From: a virus
Lineage: Duplodnaviria; Caudoviricetes
IMG/VR virus record: IMGVR_UViG_3300043443_000097
Coordinates: 1 to 43,906 of that record
Length of the DNA: 43,906 bases
Reading direction: 5' to 3' (one strand)
Shown: one piece after another, positions 37,801-43,906 of the stretch
How the letters are laid out: every line of letters starts with the position of its first letter
How positions within the stretch are numbered: the first letter of the stretch is position 1
Notes under the pieces: generated by a model
Database searches by the model: none
Told to the model about the DNA's origin: nothing
The model's input: the letters and a program-made list of their open reading frames with translations, nothing else
Position numbers and translations under genes: made by a program

Positions 37801-39894
37801 GATAAAGAGTATGACAGAGAGTATGTAACACAAGCCAACCCTCTGGTTATTGCTGCTATTAACAGAGCAATGATGAGTCCTCGCTATCAAGCCCTGCCTG
37901 AGATTGAGCAGAAGCAAGCCATTGAGAATGTAGTTAAGAACATTCTTCCTGTGGCTAGACAACTCACTGATGCTAAGTTTATGAATGAAGATCTTGTTCG
38001 TATCTACAAGATGAAGTTTAATAAACTGCCTGAAGATACCCGTAAGATTATTAACAGTAGGTATGCTGCTGAGCATGGTGGTAAGACATTGGAAGAAACC
38101 AATGACTACATGAAAGTAACTGAGTATGCAGCTAAGATTAAAGACCTTCAGTTTGCTAAAGGTGGTGCTGTACTTGGTAAGGTGTTAACAGCAGGAGCTA
38201 AGGCTGCTGCTACAGGCACTGAGGTAATGCTTGAGAAGATTAGGAAGGTTAAGAATCCTGAAGCTCTTGTCGCTACTGAGATTAATAATGTTGTTGAAGA
38301 TGCTTTGAATAAAGCTGACCTAACAACTAAAGCTATCCCAACACAACCTGCTGCTAAAGTTAAGAGCAAAGCTAGTCCTGTGGTAGCTGAGCCTAAGCCT
38401 GTTGATGCAGAGATGGAGAAGCTGGTAACAGAAGCTGAAGCTTCATTCACTCCACCACCTAAGGTGGAAGCAGAAGCATTGCCTGAGATTAAGACAGATC
38501 TTCCTATGGAGACTGCTGCTCCTATAACACCTTCTGCTCCTATGTCTCCTTACATGAAGGGCATAGCTGAGGGAGATTTAAATAAATCCAAATATGGATT
38601 TAGTAGAGACTCAGACATCACTACAGATTTTGAAGTTAGACAGAATACATTAACAGCTCTTAAGCAAATGAGAACTGATGCTTTTGATAAGCTGATTGAG
38701 ATGCCTAATGTGGCAGGTAAGATTGAGGATGATGTTATTGCTGTAGCTCAAGGTGAATACAGAGCAGCCAAAGGTAAGGAAGTGGATGTTAATGATCCAA
38801 AGTCTGTAGAAGATTTTGTTTCTTTCTCTATGCCATTACAAGATAAGTTGAATAAGCTTAGAGAGAAATACAAAGACAGACCACCCAAGGTTCTCTATCA
38901 CGGTACAGAATATAACGCAGGAGAGAGAGCTACTAAAGGTTTCTTTGATCCTCAAACACTTCCAGAAGATCAAGCAGGACAAAGAGAATTAAAAGTAGGA
39001 GCAACATCATTTACTTCTGATGCTCGTTTCAACTTCTCCAACTCTAGCTTTGGTGGTACAAATCCTGAGAACATTGTTCAGACATCTATCCCATATGCTG
39101 ACTATGAATTTAGACGAATCAATATGTCTAGAGATCAGTATAAGAAAAAGGCAGACACTGGTGATATGAACACCATTGCAAGATCTATTACTGGATCTCC
39201 AACAGTGGCTCGTCCTTTGGGTCTTCCTAGATCTATTGGCATGCGTGAGTCTGAGGATGCTTTCACAGAAAGTGAGAAGCTAACAATCTCTAGAAACATG
39301 TACGAGACAGGTAAGAAAACGCCCTTGTTTAAACAACAAGAAGATCTCTTTGAGGCTTCTTTAGATAGACTACAAGAGCTTAAGAGAAGTTTCTTATCTC
39401 CAGAATCTTTGAAGCCTATTAAAGAAGGCGGCTTAGGTAGTGAAGAAGTACAAGCCTTGAGAGCTTATCGTCTTATTCGTAACCTAATTAGAAATGAGTT
39501 TAGAGAGACTGGTGGCAAAGCTGCTAGTGAAGCAGGGTATACACCTATCATAAGTAGTAATCAAACTACAGCTTCTAGACTTAATAGAATTGCTAGACCT
39601 TCGTTTGTAAGGAACTTTGATTTAGGTAAGTTTATACCTGATGTTATTTCCACTTTGGAAAAGGTAGGTAGCAAAGACAAAGCTGAAGCTCTAAAGGTTT
39701 TAGAGCAGCAGTTTAATACGTTGCGTAAGAGTGATGTTGATTCAAGTAGTCCTAATGCTGAGATGTCTGCTGCTGTTAAAAATGAAACTAAAGCAGTGAA
39801 TAATATTAGAGACTTGGTAGGTGGAACCTACAGAGATAAAGAGAATAAGAAAAGAATCGGCTTAGCTAGAGGTGGTCTAGCCAGCCGTAGATAG
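34825..39894 (+). CDS. Large internal virion / polyvalent protein with a C-terminal ART-like module
   Basis: 1689 aa, last gene of the structural arm; FAKGG at about residue 1110, YHGT/SFTSD/ESE and terminal LARGG. Confidence 0.75.
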   Translation: MGMFDDLIPTKTSGGMFDDLIPAKPTPQQIEATAAQSLPTEAELKAAEKPAIITKAPMPSKAKIEEATKKELESKIPFDQLYKNKELFGVIKDYMKINRNIEQGEKETDEDFAKKFMATMREVEFNTFLGALPELNKMKNAKPEDREKMALGRELYSQTRSVFQPGGQEGFGPYYDAIKAIATDPLTYVGLGTGKLGSQAVKVTAAKEAAQLAAGAAPKGKIAAMLTPTQGKVTTGVVGLEASSGAGQSIVSQRLEQEKKKALGEQPEDLSAPQIILGAVLSGGGGYLEARGAAAQLGKSGKEQLADKLRKSKEKTPTDPNAPPTKTETALLSPVDENMDMLAEEFMKQEGAKVLDQISPAAALVEPAIRRDLSQRAIRVAMNIIENDPTYKVKAGQKTSTAIAEVFSAMDQGLIDDTLLEQAIRKEGLSPEQFAQANRVTVTQAAQIMQQYSTASKALNRLRQIDPDVAKQVDALYSKPDEYTSSLGYLGGAFNRVERESKALIVSGIGTTVRNIMGSGIGLTFNSAASVLEGALMTVGKTLSPEAKGARFSTLKTSIGDTIENAFGAWGYLAKNGLASEVTDELLKHNPSIRSNILSAMQESDTDLSKFARVVNSLNVAQDAFFRKAIFANAVEKKLKGVGLDMYQLIADGKVIPADILKEAADDTLKATFSYTPKVQKGGIKTLEAGAEAMGNYFVKAAEFPGGSLFVTFPRFMTNAIAFQYRYSPLGGIAGAEDILRGSKMLASGDEAGAGLIRKGQENTAKGIVGTAALLAAIDYRENNQDVEWGMWKRDDGTTVDVRGVFPLGPLLAMADVAVKHNRGLPAKTGDAFEAIIGMKMPSGTQNQFMDQLISALSSERDVEKWADKMGKVAGDFGARFVSPFVVKDIFNLVDLVREGGSVARDPNVITAEKPADRVLEAAKNRIQAKLPVLKEELPEAVPRVRQGPVYKEGEFFNNLVGIRVTPEKTPEETELVYLGIDPYKLFGQSSGDKEYDREYVTQANPLVIAAINRAMMSPRYQALPEIEQKQAIENVVKNILPVARQLTDAKFMNEDLVRIYKMKFNKLPEDTRKIINSRYAAEHGGKTLEETNDYMKVTEYAAKIKDLQFAKGGAVLGKVLTAGAKAAATGTEVMLEKIRKVKNPEALVATEINNVVEDALNKADLTTKAIPTQPAAKVKSKASPVVAEPKPVDAEMEKLVTEAEASFTPPPKVEAEALPEIKTDLPMETAAPITPSAPMSPYMKGIAEGDLNKSKYGFSRDSDITTDFEVRQNTLTALKQMRTDAFDKLIEMPNVAGKIEDDVIAVAQGEYRAAKGKEVDVNDPKSVEDFVSFSMPLQDKLNKLREKYKDRPPKVLYHGTEYNAGERATKGFFDPQTLPEDQAGQRELKVGATSFTSDARFNFSNSSFGGTNPENIVQTSIPYADYEFRRINMSRDQYKKKADTGDMNTIARSITGSPTVARPLGLPRSIGMRESEDAFTESEKLTISRNMYETGKKTPLFKQQEDLFEASLDRLQELKRSFLSPESLKPIKEGGLGSEEVQALRAYRLIRNLIRNEFRETGGKAASEAGYTPIISSNQTTASRLNRIARPSFVRNFDLGKFIPDVISTLEKVGSKDKAEALKVLEQQFNTLRKSDVDSSSPNAEMSAAVKNETKAVNNIRDLVGGTYRDKENKKRIGLARGGLASRR

Positions 39895-39899
39895 TAGTG

Positions 39900-40331
39900 C
39901 TACAGGCATATGTGAGATAGTCTATCAAGAGAGACTTTGTAAAAGAGTTCTCCTTGGTAGACATATTTATTTCTAGACTCTTTAACTTCTGAGTCTAACA
40001 CAGCAGCAGCTTCGCAATGGAACAAGGCTGTCCCATCTTTGTTAACTGAGAAGAAGTATGTAGGTAGCTCTTGTGTCAAAAGCTTCTTCTTCCTAGCAGG
40101 TACATTCAAATCTTCATAGGGAAACTCTACAGTTTTCCATGACAGTCTGACTTCTACCTCAGCATATCCCACCAACAAGTCATCTTTATACAGATGCAGA
40201 TCAATCCCATACCTATCAGGATTGTCTCTAGCTTCCATACCCCAAAAAGAAGAGACATAGCTCTTAACTACATCTCTTCCAAACTTGTCGTAGGTGTCGT
40301 GGAGTTCTTTATCGAACCGCTTGGTAGCCAT
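39900..40331 (-). CDS. PD-(D/E)xK nuclease-like protein
   Basis: YGIDL...YAEVEVR..W; start reassigned to MATKRFD. Confidence 0.6.
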   Translation of the reverse strand: MATKRFDKELHDTYDKFGRDVVKSYVSSFWGMEARDNPDRYGIDLHLYKDDLLVGYAEVEVRLSWKTVEFPYEDLNVPARKKKLLTQELPTYFFSVNKDGTALFHCEAAAVLDSEVKESRNKYVYQGELFYKVSLDRLSHICL

Positions 40332-40500
40332 TGAGTCTTTCAAGATTGTCAAAGTAGCCACGGTCAAAACCTCGTTGCCACTCCTTACCTGCCACAGATG
40401 CTGGATCGTATTGATTCACAATCCATCCATGCCTGAAAGCTTTATAGCCTTGTTCAAATTGAATACGCAATGGTGCAGATCGCTCAGACTTGACTTGCAT
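40309..40500 (-). CDS. Small hypothetical protein (F..GY.AF...NQY...EWQRG)
   Basis: 63 aa; pattern reminiscent of ribosome-modulation-factor-like phage proteins. Confidence 0.7.
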   Translation of the reverse strand: MQVKSERSAPLRIQFEQGYKAFRHGWIVNQYDPASVAGKEWQRGFDRGYFDNLERLNGYQAVR

Positions 40501-40501
40501 G

Positions 40502-40708
40502 TTATTCCCCTGTAGGTTTGTTACCTTTAATGAGTTCTCCTATCTCTTCGAACTCACCAATGTAGATACTAAGAAAAGGCAACTTGATTAGTATACCACT
40601 ATATGAAAACAATTTATCACTGTCGCTGCCATCATCGATGATGTGACAGATGGTTTCATTGAACTCAATATCAAGTCCAATGCCTTGTCTAATATCTACA
40701 ACTATCAT
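40502..40708 (-). CDS. Small hypothetical protein
   Basis: ATG at 40708 overlaps the nrdB stop. Confidence 0.65.
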   Translation of the reverse strand: MIVVDIRQGIGLDIEFNETICHIIDDGSDSDKLFSYSGILIKLPFLSIYIGEFEEIGELIKGNKPTGE

Positions 40709-41664
40709 GTGGCTTTCCCCCATACATCATCCCATGTACCAGTAGTAGCGCCCTTGCTATAGTCTGTTACACGTTGTTCAAAGAAATTGGTGTGGCTAAC
40801 ACCAAGCATACCATCTACCCAAGGCAGAGGATTCTTCTTGATTTTGTAGATGCCCTTCATCCCCATAGAGATGAGTCTGCGATCTGCAATGTATCGAATG
40901 TATTGCTTCACTTCTTCTTTCGTAAGTTTCTCGACCTCGACCATCGAAAAAGCCAGATCCACAAACTGATCCTCCAGACCCACCATTTGATCCGCAATTT
41001 CCTTAATACGCTCCGGAGTCGTTTCTTCCTGATGGTGCTTAACATACTCACGATAGACCTTAATCATACCTTCAGCATGCTGAGTCTCATCCACTATGGA
41101 CCAAGCAATGATCTGACCTAGTCCTTTGAGTTTACCATTCCTTGCGAAGTTGAGCAACATAACAAAGCTAGAGAATAGCTGCATGCCCTCACCGAATGCA
41201 GAGATGGCTGCAATCTTCTCAGCCATTGGTGCTGCACTTAGATTGTTAATGTAGTCGTGCTTCTCCACCATCTCCTTATACTGGAGGAACTCATTGTAGG
41301 TAGACTCAGGTAAGCCCAAGGTTTCAATGAGGTGAGCATAGGCTGCTACATGCAGGGCTTCCCTACCTGCAAAGCCACTCATCATCATCCTTACCTCAGG
41401 CTGCTTGAACACTGGGATGTAGTGGTCATGATAACCACTGCCAATGTCCAAGTCACCCTGTACAAAGAAGCGTAAGATTTTAGTAAGAAACTCTTGTTCC
41501 TGTTTGCTCAGCTTCTTGTAGTCTTTAACATCCTCAGACATTGGTACTTCTGTATGAAGCCAATGGCTTTGCTCATGTTGCAACCAAGCATCATAAGCCC
41601 AAGGATATTTAAATGGTTTGAATGTTGTACGCTCTTGCGTGATATCTGATTTTGTCTTTACCAT
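40705..41664 (-). CDS. nrdB: Ribonucleotide reductase class Ia beta subunit
   Basis: EALH..AY, EG..LFSSF, DET.H and NFFE.RV.DY motifs. Confidence 0.95.
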   Translation of the reverse strand: MVKTKSDITQERTTFKPFKYPWAYDAWLQHEQSHWLHTEVPMSEDVKDYKKLSKQEQEFLTKILRFFVQGDLDIGSGYHDHYIPVFKQPEVRMMMSGFAGREALHVAAYAHLIETLGLPESTYNEFLQYKEMVEKHDYINNLSAAPMAEKIAAISAFGEGMQLFSSFVMLLNFARNGKLKGLGQIIAWSIVDETQHAEGMIKVYREYVKHHQEETTPERIKEIADQMVGLEDQFVDLAFSMVEVEKLTKEEVKQYIRYIADRRLISMGMKGIYKIKKNPLPWVDGMLGVSHTNFFEQRVTDYSKGATTGTWDDVWGKAT

Positions 41665-41666
41665 AT

Positions 41667-41969
41667 TTACTCCGCAGGTTCGTAAGTTGTTTCAAAGATA
41701 TCAGGCTTGCATGGGTAATGCTCACCCTTTACACCAGTAATGATCCAGTCACCGGGGCAAACAATATGACCACCCTCTAGCGTGTCAATCCAACCGTGAT
41801 CGTGTCCGACATTACCGCAGTGGTCACACTTTTGTAAGGCTTGACGCAACGGGTGACGGAAGTAGCGCACCACTTTGCCTTCTCGTGCGCTGTCGCCATC
41901 GTTAGGATGGTCGCCATTCTTAAACCACTGTGTGGCCTCAATGACTACAGGTTTCTTTCTGAATTTCAT
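41667..41969 (-). CDS. Acb4-like / PGDYG-like protein, candidate cyclic-nucleotide sponge
   Basis: RKKPVVIEA.QW...TLEG...PGDWII.GVKGE.YPCKPDIF..TYE. Confidence 0.6.
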   Translation of the reverse strand: MKFRKKPVVIEATQWFKNGDHPNDGDSAREGKVVRYFRHPLRQALQKCDHCGNVGHDHGWIDTLEGGHIVCPGDWIITGVKGEHYPCKPDIFETTYEPAE

Positions 41970-41972
41970 ATC

Positions 41973-43754
41973 TTATCCTTCACATGCTAAACAAGTATCA
42001 CCATCTGCCACCGTCTTCAGATCTATTTCATCTTCAATACGCTGACGCTTAATCTGAGCACCAACCTTATCTGCTTTACGCACCTTCTCAGAACGAAGAT
42101 AGTATAAGCTTTTCAGTCCACTCTTCCAAGCAAGGAAGTGGATGGCATGCAGATATTTAATTGATACATTGGCAGGGAAGAACAGGTTAATGCTCTGGCC
42201 TTGGTCAATGTATTGTTGTCTGTCTGCTGCTAGTTCAATGAGCCAACGCTGATCAATTTCCATAGCAGTCTTAAACACTTCCTTCACTTGGTCAGGAATG
42301 TTTAGATGCTGTACAGATCCTTCATTGCTAATGATGGATGCCCATGTGTCATCGTTGTCCATATCCAGTGCAGCAAGCTCTGCCTTCAGGAACCTATTCT
42401 TATAGACGAAAGCTCCACTAAGTGTGTCCTGCCTAAAAACATTCGCTCTGTACGGCTCGACTGAAGGGCTAGTATTACCCATAATGAGGCTGCTACTGGC
42501 ATTAGGAGCAATAGCAGTATGATGACTAAACCTTCTACGAATAAGACCGTGACCAGCATCGATGCAACTACCACGCTGTTGCTCCAAGACAGCATCAGCC
42601 CGTAGACACGAAGCATGTATGTGCTTAAATATTTCATTGTTGTAACTCTTAGCCATCACTCCATCGATGGCAATACCTTTCTTCTGTAAAAAAGCATGGA
42701 AGCCTAGCGCACCAATACCAATGCTACGCTCCATCATTGCACTGTACTTAGCTCTAGCAATTGTTGTTGGTGCTCTATCAATAAAGTATTGCAACACATT
42801 GTCTAACATTTCCATAACATCCAAGATGAACTGATCGTCCTTCTTCCACTGGTCATAGTATTCCAAGTTGAGAGAAGACAAGCAGCACACTGCTGTTCGT
42901 TTATCATTTGTTGGTAAGAAGATTTCTGTACACAGATTGCTACCATTAATCTTCAAACCTTTATCCTTCAACCAAGAAGGCAAAGCTTTGTTAGCTGTGT
43001 CAATGAACACCAAGTATGGCTCACCTGTTTGCATACGCAGGTCTAGGATTTTCTGCCACAGATATTTAGCAGACACAGTGTCAACAACCATACCATTGGC
43101 AGGGTTCTTTAACTGAAAGCTGTCATCAAAGTCTGGGTCTTTCATTGCATTCTCAATGATGGTCATGAACTCATCAGTGATGTTGATGCCGTGATGCAGG
43201 TTTAGTGTGCGTACATTCTGGTCACCCGTAGGCTTACGCATCTCCAAGAACTGGATGATGTCAGGGTGATGGATGTCTAGATAGGCAGCATAGCTGCCCC
43301 GTCTCGTGCGTCCTTGACGGTAGGCCAATGAGCTAGCATCATAGATCTTAAGGTGGGGCATAACACCAGTAGACTTATCATCACCATTGCGGATACCCAC
43401 ATGCACACCGACACCACCACCAAACATGGATAGCCAGTTAGTTTCAGATAGGTTATCGACCAAACCTTCTGCACTATCATCCATATAGTTAAGGAAACAG
43501 CTAATAGGGAGGCCACGCTTAGAGCGACCAAAAGATAGGATAGGTGTAGAGTAGCTAAGCCAATGCTTGCTGCTGTAGTCATACAGTCGCTGAGCATGTT
43601 CTTGATTTGAAGCAAACGATTCAGAAACATATGCAAATCTTTCTTGTGGGCTAACCTCATCCTCCTTCATGTAACTCTCTCTCAATCTCTGAATACCTAG
43701 TTCATCGAACAATGCATCACGAGACAGGTCAATGTTGACCTTAAACTTTGCCAT
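41973..43754 (-). CDS. nrdA: Ribonucleotide reductase class Ia alpha subunit, short form without ATP cone
   Basis: PISCF, SNLCTEI, AIAPNASSS, KSLYY and C-terminal CLACEG. Confidence 0.95.
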   Translation of the reverse strand: MAKFKVNIDLSRDALFDELGIQRLRESYMKEDEVSPQERFAYVSESFASNQEHAQRLYDYSSKHWLSYSTPILSFGRSKRGLPISCFLNYMDDSAEGLVDNLSETNWLSMFGGGVGVHVGIRNGDDKSTGVMPHLKIYDASSLAYRQGRTRRGSYAAYLDIHHPDIIQFLEMRKPTGDQNVRTLNLHHGINITDEFMTIIENAMKDPDFDDSFQLKNPANGMVVDTVSAKYLWQKILDLRMQTGEPYLVFIDTANKALPSWLKDKGLKINGSNLCTEIFLPTNDKRTAVCCLSSLNLEYYDQWKKDDQFILDVMEMLDNVLQYFIDRAPTTIARAKYSAMMERSIGIGALGFHAFLQKKGIAIDGVMAKSYNNEIFKHIHASCLRADAVLEQQRGSCIDAGHGLIRRRFSHHTAIAPNASSSLIMGNTSPSVEPYRANVFRQDTLSGAFVYKNRFLKAELAALDMDNDDTWASIISNEGSVQHLNIPDQVKEVFKTAMEIDQRWLIELAADRQQYIDQGQSINLFFPANVSIKYLHAIHFLAWKSGLKSLYYLRSEKVRKADKVGAQIKRQRIEDEIDLKTVADGDTCLACEG

Positions 43755-43777
43755 ATAAATACTCCTGTTATGGTGGG

Positions 43778-43799
43778 AAAAAAGGGAGCCGAAGCTCCC
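43778..43799 (-). terminator. Rho-independent terminator
   Basis: Minus strand GGGAGC-TTCG-GCTCCC followed by TTTTTT. Confidence 0.8.
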
Positions 43800-43813
43800 A
43801 TGAAAAGAAAGGT

Positions 43814-43843
43814 AGTTATACCTCAGACTACTGGCACTTGCAA
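43814..43843 (-). promoter_or_regulatory. Putative promoter upstream of nrdA
   Basis: Minus strand TTGCAA-N17-TATAACT; GGTATAACT is identical to the capsid promoter. Confidence 0.55.
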
Positions 43844-43858
43844 AATACTACTTAGGTA

Positions 43859-43906
43859 TTAACGGTTGTCACCGCTACCACCAATTACTTGTCTAGACCT
43901 ACGGTC
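43859..43906 (-). CDS. mazG: C-terminus of a MazG-like nucleotide pyrophosphohydrolase (partial)
   Basis: Manual translation ...DRRSRQVIGGSGDNR*; the GSGDNR ending is typical of phage MazG. Confidence 0.7.
   Translation of the reverse strand, partial: DRRSRQVIGGSGDNR

Noticed and set aside
39858-39905. Bidirectional terminator at the convergence of the two arms
   Set aside because: Only 5 nt separate the genes; a weak stem exists inside the coding end but without U-tracts.
41667-41969. Tad2 (DUF2829) or homing endonuclease between the RNR genes
   Set aside because: It lacks the RxGWNG/W..SQ.D..A.DW and HNH/GIY-YIG motifs.

Overview
A 43.9 kb AT-rich segment of a lytic podovirus-type dsDNA phage with a two-arm layout resembling Zobellviridae/cobavirus-like aquatic phages. 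The host is Gram-negative, inferred from the spanin pair. Bases 1-4721 (minus strand) are a tightly packed early arm of small hypothetical genes plus a gp88-like Cys-motif protein. Bases 4733-6126 are a non-coding divergence region with long inverted repeats, DnaA boxes, a G-run/GC-rich tract (probable genome terminus) and a promoter followed by about 450 nt of hairpin-rich sequence. Bases 6127-39894 (plus strand) hold small basic proteins, TerS/TerL, portal, scaffold, major capsid, tail adaptor and nozzle, fibres/adhesins, a membrane-protein and lysis cluster (spanins, GH19 endolysin), a HExxH protein and large internal virion proteins. Bases 39900-43906 (minus strand) hold a nuclease-like gene, class Ia RNR nrdA/nrdB interrupted by an Acb4-like gene, and the 3' end of a MazG-like gene. 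The best candidate for an undescribed system is a [FLM]-A-x-G-G tag repeated in several putative capsid-internal proteins. It co-occurs with a stand-alone copy of the tape-measure C-terminal 'GEFV' domain, and it brackets an ADP-ribosyltransferase-like module in the 1689-aa protein. All family assignments come from recalled motifs; no searches were run.
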